From: Gemmatimonadales bacterium
GTDB taxonomy: Bacteria > Gemmatimonadota > Gemmatimonadetes > Gemmatimonadales > GWC2-71-9
Assembly: GCA_036377715.1 (NCBI GenBank)
Contig: DASUXW010000194.1
Span: 528 to 64,527, forward strand
Reading direction: 5' to 3'
DNA: 64,000 bases
Shown here: one piece after another, positions 19,552 through 29,959 of the stretch
Position numbering within the stretch: the stretch's first letter is position 1
How the letters are laid out: each line of letters begins with the position of its first letter
The notes under the pieces: model-generated
The model's input: only the letters and a program-made list of their open reading frames with translations
Databases searched by the model: none
Told to the model about the DNA's origin: nothing
Made by a program: the position numbers and the translations under genes

Positions 19552-20417
19552 GCCGTCACCCCGGCCATGGTGGGCTCCCGCAGCGTGGGCGCCGGCGAGC
19601 TGCGCAGGAAGCGGAGCAGCTCGGCGTTGATCTGATCCTGGTGCGTGGCCGTGATGCCGTGCGGCGCGCCCGGGTAGTAGATCTCCTGGGCGCCCTTGAT
19701 GAGCCGGGCCGACTTCTTCGCCGAGTCCTTGACGGGCACGATCTGATCGTCCTCGCCGTGGAGCACGAGCGTGGGGACGTCGAACTTCTTCAGATCCTCG
19801 GTGAAATCGGTCTGGGAGAAGGCCTTGATGCTTTCGTACGCGTTCTTGAGCCCGGATTGCATGCTCCAGAGCCAGAACTGATCCATGATTCCCTGCGACA
19901 CCTTGGCGCCGGGACGATTGGCCCCGTAGAACATGCTCGCGAAGTCCCGGTAGGTTTGCGAACGATCGTTGAACAGGGCCGTGCGCAGCCCATCGAAGAC
20001 CTCGATCGGCAGGCCTTCGGGATTCTCCGGCGTTTTCAGCAGCAGTGGCGGCACCGCGGCGATCAGGACGGCCCTCGCGACCCGGGCGGTACCGTGGCGG
20101 CCGATGTACCGCGCGACCTCACCGCCACCGGTCGAGTGGCCCACCAGGGTCGCGTCCCGGAGGTCGAGGGCCTCGATCAGAGCCGCAAGATCGTCCGCGT
20201 AGCCGTTCATGTCGTTGCCGCTCGAGGCCTGGCTGGACCGCCCATGGCCGCGCCGGTCGTGCGCGATGGTGCGAAATCCATTCTGGACGAGGAATAGCAT
20301 CTGCCCATCCCACATGTCCGCGTTCAGCGGCCAGCCGTGGGAGAAGGTGACGACGGGGCCCTCGCCCCAGTCCTTGTAGTAGATCTCCGTTCCGTCCTTC
20401 GTGGTGATGGTGCTCAT
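19548..20417 (-). CDS. alpha/beta hydrolase (non-haem haloperoxidase/arylesterase-like)
   Basis: Internal ATG ([21 protein letters not shown]) of track ORF 19548..20462. [10 protein letters not shown], nucleophile elbow GHSTGG, and C-terminal GAPHG. Confidence 0.9.
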   Translation of the reverse strand: MSTITTKDGTEIYYKDWGEGPVVTFSHGWPLNADMWDGQMLFLVQNGFRTIAHDRRGHGRSSQASSGNDMNGYADDLAALIEALDLRDATLVGHSTGGGEVARYIGRHGTARVARAVLIAAVPPLLLKTPENPEGLPIEVFDGLRTALFNDRSQTYRDFASMFYGANRPGAKVSQGIMDQFWLWSMQSGLKNAYESIKAFSQTDFTEDLKKFDVPTLVLHGEDDQIVPVKDSAKKSARLIKGAQEIYYPGAPHGITATHQDQINAELLRFLRSSPAPTLREPTMAGVTA

Positions 20418-20471
20418 GAGGCTTCTCCTCGAGCAAAGGGTGACCAGTGATTCCCCACGCACGCTGTCGCC

Positions 20472-21002
20472 CTAGTGGAGGGTGGCTGCTGCGGGGACGG
20501 CAGCCTGCCTGGCGGTGACCACCGCCTGGGGATGGAACCGACGGTGGGCGGCGAAGCCCAGCCAGGCGAACAGCGCGAGTACCAGGAGCTGGGTCAGCAC
20601 GAACGGCGGTTCGGTCTGCTTGGGGGCCGCGACGATCAGGGCCGGGATCCGGCGGAACAGCTGCACCAGCAGGATGAAAAAGTTCAGATAGAGAACGAGC
20701 ACCGTCCCGACCACGTAGACGCCGCGCCACGCGCCACGCAGATGCCTCCAGTATCGCGCGGCAATCACGAAGGGCAGGATGATCAGGGAGATGATCCCGA
20801 CCCAGTGCGACGCGAGCAGCCGAGTGAAGGGAAAGAAGAATCCGGTGATGCTGGTCAGGGTCGTCGTGACCAGGAAGATTCCGGTCCACCCGTCGATCCG
20901 CACACCCGCGATGAGCCCCCCGACCACGACCAACCCGGCCGCGATGGCGACGATACTGATCACGGTGTGAGCCAGCGTAAGGGTCGTGATGTCCATGGTC
21001 AT
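20472..21002 (-). CDS. hypothetical integral membrane protein
   Basis: 176-aa ORF with 5 hydrophobic helices, starting 1 nt downstream of the HD-protein stop. Confidence 0.65.
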   Translation of the reverse strand: MTMDITTLTLAHTVISIVAIAAGLVVVGGLIAGVRIDGWTGIFLVTTTLTSITGFFFPFTRLLASHWVGIISLIILPFVIAARYWRHLRGAWRGVYVVGTVLVLYLNFFILLVQLFRRIPALIVAAPKQTEPPFVLTQLLVLALFAWLGFAAHRRFHPQAVVTARQAAVPAAATLH

Positions 21003-21003
21003 G

Positions 21004-21672
21004 TCACTCCTCGAACGGAGCGTTCATCAGGAAATCCACGGTGGACGGTCGCTGATAGCCCGGCACGAAGCGCTCCCCGAAGTCCCCCGCGAAATTGTCG
21101 TAGGTGGTCTCCGGCTTGGTCTTGACGACGCGGCAGACCGAATCCGTGAAGCGGCGCTTCATTTCCAGGCGGGGAAACGCGGCGAGGATGGTCGTCATTT
21201 CGTGCGGCGGGATCACGTCGTACTGGAATCCGAATTCGACGCCGATGCCGGCCGTGCAAAGCGCGACTTCGGGCTCCTTGCAGAGGCCGATCGAAGGCGT
21301 GGAATTCAGCGCGACGCTGTCCCAGATCAACCGCGCTTGGCGATCGTCGAGGCCTTGGTCGCGGGCAAACGCCCGCGCCGCGTCCGCCCCTTCTATCTCG
21401 AACCGCCTGGGCCCGGCGAAGCTGTCGCTGAGCCCCAGATCGTGGAGCAGCGTGCCGATAGCGACCACTTCACCGTCGTGCGTCACGCCCTGCAGCTGCC
21501 CCAGCCGGGCCGCGAAGAGCCAGGATCGGACAGCATGGTTGAAGAGGAATGGCTCGGAATGCTCTCGGGCAAAGTCCAGTGCCCGGGTGATGAGCGGCGT
21601 GTCGTCCACCCTCACGCCACCCAGGACGCGGGTCCCCCGGCTCACGACGGCGGGTCCGGCTGTCGGCGACAT
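21004..21672 (-). CDS. HD-domain protein
   Basis: Internal ATG (MSPTAGPAVV) of track ORF 21004..22110. FNHAVRSWLFA...IGTLLHDLGL HD motif. Confidence 0.8.
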   Translation of the reverse strand: MSPTAGPAVVSRGTRVLGGVRVDDTPLITRALDFAREHSEPFLFNHAVRSWLFAARLGQLQGVTHDGEVVAIGTLLHDLGLSDSFAGPRRFEIEGADAARAFARDQGLDDRQARLIWDSVALNSTPSIGLCKEPEVALCTAGIGVEFGFQYDVIPPHEMTTILAAFPRLEMKRRFTDSVCRVVKTKPETTYDNFAGDFGERFVPGYQRPSTVDFLMNAPFEE

Positions 21673-21775
21673 GATCAGCTCCCCGTGAGATTGGGCAGCA
21701 CTATCGCGCCGGGGTGAGCCGCTCGCGTCCGTCGAATACCCTAGTCGAGCTCCCGGCGCGGGGCCGGTGTCCTGG

Positions 21776-24562
21776 TCAGATGAGGGAGGCTGTGTGGGTG
21801 GTGTCTCCGAGAGCGTCCCGCAGACTCCGGCGGGAGCTGATGCCGAGCTTGGTGAATACCTTGCGCAGGTGGTACTCGGCCGTGCGGGAGCTGATGAAGA
21901 GCTGGGCCCCGATCTCCGGGTTGGTGCGTCCCTGGGCCGCGAGCCGCGCGACCAGCGCTTCCTGAGCGGTGAGCGCATCGCGCGAATCGGCCGTGCGTTT
22001 GCGGACCGTCTCGCCCGTCGCCAGCAACTCGCCTCTGGCACGCTCGGCGAAGGCTTCGGCCCCGATCTGATCGAGCATTTCGTGCGCGATCCGCAATTGC
22101 TTCCGTGCATCGACGCGGCGGTTCTGACGCCTCAGCCACTCGCCGTACACCAGGTGTGCCCTGGCGAGGTGCACCACCATCCGACAGGCGCCGAGCCGGT
22201 CCAGGGCCTCCCGGTAGAGGGCCTCGGCTGCAGGACCGTCCTCGAGGAGTGCGCGGCCTCGGGCCAGGCTGCCGAGGGCCCAGTCGGTGGCCGCGGCAGG
22301 CGCTCGTTCCTCCAGGTGCCCGAGGGCGGCCGCGGCCACATCGGTTGCGCCGCTCCGGACGGCCGCCTCGATGAGCTCGACCAGGCACCAGCCGAAGAAG
22401 CCCAGGTCGTCGTACTCGCAGGCCTCCCGGGCAGCGTCGAGTGCGGCCCGGTAGCGGCCGAGTCCGTTGTAGAGCACCGCGGACGCATACCCGGCAAGAC
22501 CGAGCGCCCGTCCCTCGCCTCGCGCGTTCGCCTCCTTCACCGCGGCCTGGATCAGCCCGCGTGCGTGAGCTTCCTCGCCTCGCCAGGCGGCGAGTGCCAG
22601 GGAGGTGTAGCGGAGGGGCGCGTGGCCGGTCGCCTCCGTGATCGAGTCGGCCTCCTGGATCAGCGCGGAGGCCGCGGCGAACTCACCGGCATGGACGTGT
22701 ACGCCGGCGCGGTAGCTGAGCGCGATGGGAAGGGTGGCGAGCGCGCCGGCATCGCGGGCCAGCCGGACCGCCTGCGTCGCCAGCTCGTGCCACGCGTGGT
22801 CGTCCCAGAGGTCGGCGGCCAGGGGTTCGGGCGCAACCGGGCACGCGGTCCAGAGCCAGCGGACCATGCCGTCCATGCCGCATCGGGCCTGCTCGCGGAA
22901 CAGGTGAAGCGCCCGCTTCAGGGGCTGCACTCCCGCGGCATACCCCACCGTGAAGCGCATTGCCAGCCCGTCGAGGAGGAGGTCCGTAGGACGGGGAGGC
23001 TCCGATGGCGGCGGCGCCCCCCGAGCGGCCTCTGCGATCCGGACACCGTGTCGAGCACCCAGGCGCCCGACGAAGATCTCCGCTCCCAGCGCCTCGACGT
23101 AGGCCTCCCGGGCGAGGCCGGCCTGGAGCGCCTCGAGCCGTTTGGCCGCGTCGAGCAGCAAGGCCGGTGCGTCCCTGCCGCGGCTCTGGGCGAACACGAT
23201 GTGCGCCCGCATGCGCGCTACCCGCGCGCGCTGAAGCTCGTTTAGAGGACCCATGTCCGCCGCGGCGAGGAGCCCATACGCCGCGTTGGCGGCTCCGGCC
23301 TCGAATTTGGCCTGAGCCGCGGCCAGCGCCCGGACTCCGCGCCGGGCGGGATCGGGGGTAAGGTCGGTCGCCCGCTCGAGAAAGGCCGCGGCCGCTGCCA
23401 TCCCGCCGCGGGTCTGGGCTCGACCGGCCGACCGCTCCAGCTCGTCGGCCACGGTCTCGTCGGGCCCGAGCGCTGCCTGGGCGCGATGCCACGCGCGGCG
23501 ATCGGGATCGGCGCGCGGATCGGTCACTTCGGCCAGCGCGCGATGCACCGCTTGCCGCTCCTCCACCGCGGCCGCGCGGTACGCGGCCGAGCGCGCCAGC
23601 GGGTGGCGGAAGCGCACCCGGGCGCCGAGCTCGACGAGCCGCTCCGCCGCGGCCGGCGCGGCGGCGGCGGCGGCGATCCCGAGCACCTCGGCGGCGCGCC
23701 AGAGCAAGGTCACGTCTCCCACCGGCTCCGCCGCGGCCGTCAGCAGGAGTCGCTGAGTCTCGACCGGGAGCGCCCGGACCCGCCGGAGAAAGCTCTGCTC
23801 GATCAGGTTCGCCAGCGGCCGCGCGTCGGGTCGGCCGAAGCCGCCAGCCAGCTCCGCGGCGGTCAAGCCGTTGGGCAACTCGAGCAGTGCGAGGGGATTC
23901 CCACTCGACTCGGCGACGATCCGATCGCGTACCCGTTCATCCAGCCGCCCGGGTGTCACCGAGTCCAGCAGCGCACGGGCATCTACATCGCTCAAGCCCG
24001 CGACGACCATCACCGGAAGGGCCCTTAGCTCCACGTCCTCGTTCGGGGCTCGCAGAGCAAAAACCATGGCCACCGGCTCGGCCAGGAGCCGCCGCGCCAC
24101 AAAGCCCAGGACCTGCGCCGAGGCCCGGTCGAGCCACTGCGCATCGTCCACCAGGCAGACCAGGGGCCGCTCCTCGGCCACCTCGGACAGCAGTGTCAGG
24201 ACGGCAAGCCCCACCAGAAAGCGATCGGTCGCCGCGCCGGCCGTGAGGCCGAATGCCGTCCCCAGCGCGTCGCGCTGCGGATCCGGCAGATGCGCCAGGT
24301 GACTCAGGAGGGGTGCGCAGAGCTGATGCAGGCCCGCGAAGGCGAGTTCCACCTCGGATTCCACGCCCGCGGCCCGTGCCACCCGGCAGCCTGAAGCGTT
24401 GGCCGCCAGGTACTCCAGCAACGCGGTCTTGCCGATGCCGGCCTCGCCCCGCAGAACCAGCACGCGACTCTGTCCTCCGCGCACGTCGTCCAGCAACCGG
24501 TCGAGTGAGGCGCGCTCGCTGCCCCGGCCGCGCAGGTCGGTTCCGTGCTGCGGATCGGACAT
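21776..24562 (-). CDS. large ATP-binding LuxR-family regulator (LAL/MalT-like: AAA + TPR-like + LuxR HTH)
   Basis: 928-aa ORF. Walker A GEAGIGKT and Walker B LVCLVDDAQWLD, with the C-terminal LuxR HTH LTAQEALVARLAAQGRTNPEIGAQLFISSRTAEYHLRKVFTKLG. Confidence 0.93.
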   Translation of the reverse strand: MSDPQHGTDLRGRGSERASLDRLLDDVRGGQSRVLVLRGEAGIGKTALLEYLAANASGCRVARAAGVESEVELAFAGLHQLCAPLLSHLAHLPDPQRDALGTAFGLTAGAATDRFLVGLAVLTLLSEVAEERPLVCLVDDAQWLDRASAQVLGFVARRLLAEPVAMVFALRAPNEDVELRALPVMVVAGLSDVDARALLDSVTPGRLDERVRDRIVAESSGNPLALLELPNGLTAAELAGGFGRPDARPLANLIEQSFLRRVRALPVETQRLLLTAAAEPVGDVTLLWRAAEVLGIAAAAAAPAAAERLVELGARVRFRHPLARSAAYRAAAVEERQAVHRALAEVTDPRADPDRRAWHRAQAALGPDETVADELERSAGRAQTRGGMAAAAAFLERATDLTPDPARRGVRALAAAQAKFEAGAANAAYGLLAAADMGPLNELQRARVARMRAHIVFAQSRGRDAPALLLDAAKRLEALQAGLAREAYVEALGAEIFVGRLGARHGVRIAEAARGAPPPSEPPRPTDLLLDGLAMRFTVGYAAGVQPLKRALHLFREQARCGMDGMVRWLWTACPVAPEPLAADLWDDHAWHELATQAVRLARDAGALATLPIALSYRAGVHVHAGEFAAASALIQEADSITEATGHAPLRYTSLALAAWRGEEAHARGLIQAAVKEANARGEGRALGLAGYASAVLYNGLGRYRAALDAAREACEYDDLGFFGWCLVELIEAAVRSGATDVAAAALGHLEERAPAAATDWALGSLARGRALLEDGPAAEALYREALDRLGACRMVVHLARAHLVYGEWLRRQNRRVDARKQLRIAHEMLDQIGAEAFAERARGELLATGETVRKRTADSRDALTAQEALVARLAAQGRTNPEIGAQLFISSRTAEYHLRKVFTKLGISSRRSLRDALGDTTHTASLI

Positions 24563-24656
24563 CGTGGAAGGAAGAATATACGAGAGTCGATGCGCTCACG
24601 GGACACGATCGGGGAGCCCATATTGTTCCAACCTACTCGAACGAGCCGACCAGCAC

Positions 24657-25418
24657 ATGCAGACACTGACTGCCCGATGGGACGGATTCACGTTCCACCA
24701 TCGAAACGGGGCGGAATTCGAGCTCCTGGCCCGGGAGATCTTCGAGGAAGGAGAATACGGGTTCGACTGCGACAGGCCCGATCCCGTCATCCTGGACTGT
24801 GGCAGTCACATCGGCTTGTCGGTCGCCTGGTTCAAGCGGCGATATCCGGCGTCGCGCATCACCGCGTTCGAGCCCGACCCTGGGAATTTCCGGCTGCTGC
24901 AGACCAACGTCGCCATCAATCGCTGGTCCGGAGTCACGCTGCTGAACCTGGCGGTCTCGTCGCGGAAAGGCACGGCCCCGTTGTTCGGCGAGTTCGGAGT
25001 CGCGGCCCCCATGGCCTCCGCCCACTCGCTGTGCCGGGACTGGGGCAGCCAGCGATCCGACCAATCGATCATGGTGAACACGATACCGCTGGCGGACTAC
25101 ATCACCGGCCCGATCGATTACCTCAAGCTCGACATCGAGGGCATGGAGACCGAGGTAGTGCCGTCGATCGAGCCGCAGCTCCATCTGGTCGGCGCCCTGG
25201 GTCTCGAGTTTCACGGCACCGGCCCGAGGGCGAGCGCCGACGAGGAAGAGCTGACCGAACTGCTGCGTGCGAGCGGTTTCCGGGTCTCGCTCGTTCGCAA
25301 GACCCGATCCATCTTCCCGCCCGAGATCGGTGACTGGGTGGACCGGGTTCAGCCGTGGGTCTCGGTCATCAAAGCGACCCGGACCGGGACGCTCGGCGCA
25401 TCAACAGCAGGTAAATGA
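24657..25418 (+). CDS. FkbM-family methyltransferase
   Basis: ATG at 24657 inside track ORF 24399..25418. VILDCGSHIGLSV ... ITAFEPDP.NF..L ... DYLKLDIEGME pattern. Confidence 0.85.
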   Translation: MQTLTARWDGFTFHHRNGAEFELLAREIFEEGEYGFDCDRPDPVILDCGSHIGLSVAWFKRRYPASRITAFEPDPGNFRLLQTNVAINRWSGVTLLNLAVSSRKGTAPLFGEFGVAAPMASAHSLCRDWGSQRSDQSIMVNTIPLADYITGPIDYLKLDIEGMETEVVPSIEPQLHLVGALGLEFHGTGPRASADEEELTELLRASGFRVSLVRKTRSIFPPEIGDWVDRVQPWVSVIKATRTGTLGASTAGK

Positions 25419-26826
25419 AGAAGCTCAGCCCGAACGTCACGAACCACGCGTATGCATAGAGCCGGTCGAACATATTCGGGTCGCCCACGCTGCCGCCCGG
25501 CGTTCCGGCCGCTCGCGCGAAGCCCGGCACCACCGGCAGCACCGCCAGGACGAGCGCCGCCACTGCGCGCCGGTTGACGCCGTTCCGATAGGTGTACGCA
25601 CCCTTCTCCAGGAACAGATCATTCAACCGCAGCCGCTGCCGGCGCACCACCCAGTAGTCCGCGATCAGGATGCCGCCCACCGCCCCCATCAGGCTCGAGT
25701 AGCCCACCAGCCACGTGAAGATGTACGCCGCCGCATCGGCATAGAGCTTCCACGGCATCATCAGGACGCCGATCACCGCGGTGATGAGCCCGCCGGTCAC
25801 GTAGCCGATCCGTTTCGGGCTCAGATTGGAAAAGTCGTTCGCGGGCGAGACGACGTTCGCCGCCAGATTGGTCGTGAGCTGCGCCGCGAGCACCACCAGC
25901 GCCGCGAACACGATCACCCCCGGACTTCCGATCCTGGCGATCAGCGCCACCGGGTCCCAGATCGGCTCCCCGAAGCGCACCATGGTCGCGCTGGTGACCG
26001 CGACCCCGATGAACGCGAACGCCGTCATCGTGGTCGGAAGGCCGAGTGCCTGACCCAGCATCTGGGAGCGCTGGCTCCTGGCGTAGCGGGTGAAGTCGGG
26101 GATGTTGAGGCTCAGCGTGGCCCAGTAGCCGACCGAGGCGGTGAGCGCCGACGGGAACAACGGCCAGAACGAGGCTCGCGCGCCCCGGAGCCGCTCCGAC
26201 TCGCTCAACACCTGGCCGAGGCCGCCTCCCGTCCGTACGGCCCAGACCAGCAGAAGGCCACCGCCCGCCAGCAGCAGCGGGGCCGACCAGCTCTCCAGCC
26301 GCCTGATCCCTTCCGTCCCCTTGAGGATGACCGCCACCTGGATCAGCCAGAACAGCAGGAAGGCGAGCGCGGTGGCGCCCGGCACTCCGGTCCAGCCGGG
26401 CCACGCCGCGCGGAAGAGCGCATCCAGCGCCAGCCCTCCGATCCATGTCTGGATGCCGAACCAGCCGCACGCGACGATGGCCCGGAGCAGTGCCGGCAGG
26501 TTGGCGCCCCGCACCCCGAAGCTCGCCCGGCAGAGCACCGGAAACGAAATCCCGTATCTGGTGCCGGCGTGGGCGTTCAGCACCATCGGGACGAGCACGA
26601 CCGTGTTGCCCAGCAGGATGGTGAGCATGGCCTGCCACCAGTTCATCCCCTGCTCCATGAAGCCGGAGGCGAGGGTGTAGGTGGTGATCACCACGCTCAT
26701 CCCGATCCAGAGCGCCGCGATGTTGTAGGTGGACCAGGTGCGCCGCTCGGGCGGGACCGGGGCGAGGTCGGGGTTCCAGAGGGGGCTTCGGGTGATGTCC
26801 TCCGCCGCCGGGAGAGTCCGGATCAT
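25369..26826 (-). CDS. NCS1-family nucleobase/allantoin/hydantoin:cation symporter
   Basis: Internal ATG (MIRTLPAAED) of track ORF 25369..26889. NPDLAPVPPERRTWS..YNIAALWIGMSV and GTRYGISFPVLCRASFG signatures. Confidence 0.9.
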   Translation of the reverse strand: MIRTLPAAEDITRSPLWNPDLAPVPPERRTWSTYNIAALWIGMSVVITTYTLASGFMEQGMNWWQAMLTILLGNTVVLVPMVLNAHAGTRYGISFPVLCRASFGVRGANLPALLRAIVACGWFGIQTWIGGLALDALFRAAWPGWTGVPGATALAFLLFWLIQVAVILKGTEGIRRLESWSAPLLLAGGGLLLVWAVRTGGGLGQVLSESERLRGARASFWPLFPSALTASVGYWATLSLNIPDFTRYARSQRSQMLGQALGLPTTMTAFAFIGVAVTSATMVRFGEPIWDPVALIARIGSPGVIVFAALVVLAAQLTTNLAANVVSPANDFSNLSPKRIGYVTGGLITAVIGVLMMPWKLYADAAAYIFTWLVGYSSLMGAVGGILIADYWVVRRQRLRLNDLFLEKGAYTYRNGVNRRAVAALVLAVLPVVPGFARAAGTPGGSVGDPNMFDRLYAYAWFVTFGLSFFIYLLLMRRASRSGSL

Positions 26827-26908
26827 GGCCCCCAACCTACATGTTCGCCAATAGCACCGGTACGAGCTACCCGCCCGGTTTACCGCCATCCAGATGCGGC
26901 TCGAGTTG

Positions 26909-28336
26909 TCAGCGCACGACCTCTAAGTGCGCCATCATCCCCCCCGCGTGATGCTCCAGGATATGGCAGTGGTACATCCACTCGCCCGGCCGGTCGTCGG
27001 GCACCCACGCGATCCGCACCGTCGCCTTGGGCGGCACGTTGACGGTGTCCTCCCATGAGCGAAAGGCCGGCGGCTCGCCGTTCACCGCGAGCACCTGGAA
27101 GAAGAAGCCGTGCAGGTGGAAGGGGTGGTCCATCATCGTGTCGTTGACGACGTCCCACACCTGCAGCTCGCCCACCCGGACCGGCTGATCCCGGTGGTGC
27201 GGCTCCTTGTTGACCACGAACTGGGCGCCGCGCTTGAGGCTTGGCTTGACGCCCAGATGGACCTCGCGCGTCGGCGAGACGGGGCCGGTCACCAGCGGCT
27301 CGATGTCCCGTAGCTTCGCGGGAATCGTGGCGTGTGACGGCGCGGGGGGACCGACCCGGAGCGTGGCGAAGCGCGCCTCCCGGGCCCGGGCCACCGTGGT
27401 GCGGTCATAGCGCAGGGCGTTCACGTCGAGCACCTCGCCCTCGGCGAAGGGCCCGACCGCGAGCACCACGCGGTCGCCGGGCGTGAGCAGCACCTCGTCC
27501 ACGCCGACCGGTGCGTCGATGAGTCCGCCGTCGGTACCGATGATCGTCACGGAGCGAGCGCCGATCGAGAGCCGGATGTACCGCGCGCTCGACGCGTTCA
27601 CGATCCGCCACTGCTCCACCTGCCCGGCGGCCATGGTGAGCTCGGGCACCTGCCGCCCGTTGATCAGGAAGGTGTCGCCCTGCCGGCCGTCGTGCTGCTC
27701 GATCCACCAGCCCGGCGGCCTGATCTGCCCCTTCCGGTCCAGCGCGACGTCGTCGAGCACGAGCACCCGCTCCGCATCGAACTGCGGCTCGTCGGGAGCG
27801 CGCACCACCAGCGCTCCGTACAGCCCGCGCTCGAGCTGCACGGTCTCGTTGACGTGCGGGTGGTACCAGAAGGTCCCGGCATCAGGCAGCCTGAAGCGGT
27901 AGGTGAACGTCTCCCCGGGCTCGACGGGGCGCTGGACCATGTCCGTGCCGTCCATCGCTGCGGGCACCCGGAGGCCGTGCCAGTGGATGGCGGTGGGCTC
28001 CGGCAGACGGTTCGTGAGGTGCACCTCCAGCACGTCGCCCACTCGCGCCTCGATGGTGGGGCCGGGCACCTGGCCGTTGAAGCCCCAGGCACGGGTCTTC
28101 ACCCCCGGCACGAACTCCCACTCGGTCTCGCGCGCTTCGAGGTCTATGCGCACGACTTTGCCTCCCGGCGCCGGCTCGGCGGCTTCGTACGCCAGGGTGT
28201 AGGCGGCGCGCCAGTTTGCGGCCGCCCCGTGCTCGACCGGGCCGTGGCCGCCCCCGTGACCGTCGTGGTGAGCGTGAGCCGCGTCCCCGTGATGGACATG
28301 CTCTCGTGAGCCGTGATGATGATCATGGTCGTTCAT
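26909..28336 (-). CDS. multicopper oxidase (three-cupredoxin type) with His-rich N-terminus
   Basis: 475-aa ORF. Copper-site motifs HWHG (TAIHWHGLRV), WYHPH, HPFHLHG and HCHILEHHAGGMM. Confidence 0.92.
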   Translation of the reverse strand: MNDHDHHHGSREHVHHGDAAHAHHDGHGGGHGPVEHGAAANWRAAYTLAYEAAEPAPGGKVVRIDLEARETEWEFVPGVKTRAWGFNGQVPGPTIEARVGDVLEVHLTNRLPEPTAIHWHGLRVPAAMDGTDMVQRPVEPGETFTYRFRLPDAGTFWYHPHVNETVQLERGLYGALVVRAPDEPQFDAERVLVLDDVALDRKGQIRPPGWWIEQHDGRQGDTFLINGRQVPELTMAAGQVEQWRIVNASSARYIRLSIGARSVTIIGTDGGLIDAPVGVDEVLLTPGDRVVLAVGPFAEGEVLDVNALRYDRTTVARAREARFATLRVGPPAPSHATIPAKLRDIEPLVTGPVSPTREVHLGVKPSLKRGAQFVVNKEPHHRDQPVRVGELQVWDVVNDTMMDHPFHLHGFFFQVLAVNGEPPAFRSWEDTVNVPPKATVRIAWVPDDRPGEWMYHCHILEHHAGGMMAHLEVVR

Positions 28337-28490
28337 GGTGATCTCCTGCAGTGGTGACGCCTCGCGGGTGCAGCATGCGAGTGGGTGGCACGCTCCCCTG
28401 CCGGCAATCTAGCGCGTGTGTGAGTCTCGTCACGGTGCGTTCAGTGTTTCAGGAGCAGCATCAGAGCCGGACACAGCACGGGAGAGGGAA

Positions 28491-29525
28491 ATGATGCGAG
28501 GAGCCGTTCTCTACGGACCACACGACGTGCGATTCACCGAGCGCGACGTCCCGACGATCATCGAGCCGACCGACGCCATTCTCCGGGTTTCCGCGGCCTG
28601 CGTGTGCGGCTCCGACCTCTGGCCCTACCGCGGCGTCGATCCGATCAGCGAACCGACCCCGATGGGCCACGAGTATTGCGGCATCGTCGAGGAGGTCGGC
28701 AGTGCCGTCCGGATCGTCAAGCCGGGCCAGTTCGTAGTCGGCTCCTTCTTCGCGTCGGACAACACCTGCCCGATCTGTCGCGCGGGGTACCAGAGCCGCT
28801 GCGTGAACGCCGTGCCGATCGGGGCGATGGGCGCGCAGGCGCCCTACGTCCGCATCCCGCTCGCGGACGGCACGCTGGTCGCGACGCCGGACCTCCCCCC
28901 GGACGACCTGATCCCGAGCCTGCTCGCGGCCTCCGACGTCCTGGGCACCGGGTGGTTCGCCGCCGACGCGGCCGCGGCGGGGCCGGGCAAGACGGTCGTC
29001 GTCGTGGGCGACGGCGCGGTGGGGCTGCTCGGGGTGCTCGCAGCGAAACAGATGGGCGCCGAGCGGATCGTCGCGATGAGCCGCCACGAGGACCGGCAGC
29101 GGCTCGCCCGCGAGTTCGGCGCGACCGACATCGTGACGGAGCGCGGGGACGAGGGCGTGGCCCGCATCAAGGACATGACCGACGGACTCGGCGCGCACTC
29201 GGTGATCGAGGCCGTCGGCACGCAGGAGTCGATGCTGCAGGCGATCCGCTCCACCCGCCCGGGCGGACACGTCGGCTTTGTGGGGGTCACGCACGGTGTG
29301 GCGCTGCCGGGGCTGGAGCTGTTCTTCGCCGAAGTGCACCTGCTCGGCGGCCCCGCGCCGGTGCGGCGGTACCTGCCCGAGCTGATCCGCCTGATCTGGA
29401 ACCGCGAGATCAACCCCGGAAAAGTGTTCGACCTCACGCTGCCGCTCGACCAGGTGGCGGAAGGCTATCGCGCGATGGACGAGCGCCGCGCAATCAAGAC
29501 GCTGCTCCTCCCCCGGGCGGCCTGA
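28491..29525 (+). CDS. zinc-dependent alcohol dehydrogenase family oxidoreductase
   Basis: ATG at 28491 preceded by GGGAGAGGG, inside track ORF 28416..29525. [20 protein letters not shown], and Rossmann [11 protein letters not shown]. Confidence 0.92.
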   Translation: MMRGAVLYGPHDVRFTERDVPTIIEPTDAILRVSAACVCGSDLWPYRGVDPISEPTPMGHEYCGIVEEVGSAVRIVKPGQFVVGSFFASDNTCPICRAGYQSRCVNAVPIGAMGAQAPYVRIPLADGTLVATPDLPPDDLIPSLLAASDVLGTGWFAADAAAAGPGKTVVVVGDGAVGLLGVLAAKQMGAERIVAMSRHEDRQRLAREFGATDIVTERGDEGVARIKDMTDGLGAHSVIEAVGTQESMLQAIRSTRPGGHVGFVGVTHGVALPGLELFFAEVHLLGGPAPVRRYLPELIRLIWNREINPGKVFDLTLPLDQVAEGYRAMDERRAIKTLLLPRAA

Positions 29526-29539
29526 GGCAGGAGGGCAGG

Positions 29540-29941
29540 ATGGAGCTCAAGCGCAGCGGATCGGAGCCCTCCGCGAAGGGGCCTCCCGACTGGTTCACCG
29601 GCACGGTTCGAATCGATCCCCTCTTTCAGCCGCACGAGCCGGCCCGCGCGGCGGGCGCGAGCGTCACCTTCGAGCCCGGCGCGCGCACGGCATGGCATAC
29701 GCACCCGATGGGACAGACCTTGATCGTGACGGCCGGCGCCGGACGCGCCCAGCGCTGGGGAGGACCGATCGAGGAGATCCGGCCCGGGGACGTCGTGTGG
29801 TTCCCGCCGGGCGAAAAGCACTGGCACGGAGCGTCGCCGACGACGGCCATGACCCACATTGCCGTCCAGGAGCAGCTGGACGGCAAGGCGGTCGAGTGGA
29901 TGGAAAAAGTCACCGATGAGCAGTACCGGGGCGTCGTGTAG
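29540..29941 (+). CDS. cupin-domain protein
   Basis: ATG at 29540 inside track ORF 28604..29941. [23 protein letters not shown]...[16 protein letters not shown]. Confidence 0.88.
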   Translation: MELKRSGSEPSAKGPPDWFTGTVRIDPLFQPHEPARAAGASVTFEPGARTAWHTHPMGQTLIVTAGAGRAQRWGGPIEEIRPGDVVWFPPGEKHWHGASPTTAMTHIAVQEQLDGKAVEWMEKVTDEQYRGVV

Positions 29942-29959
29942 CCTGCACCCCGAGCGCTT

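Noticed and set aside
25369-25418. Convergent 3' overlaps (25369-25418 FkbM/NCS1, 46977-46985 kinase/DUF2238, 13923-13980).
   Set aside because: Short tail-to-tail overlaps are common in compact GC-rich genomes and need no special explanation. The 58-nt overlap depends on an uncertain hypothetical gene.
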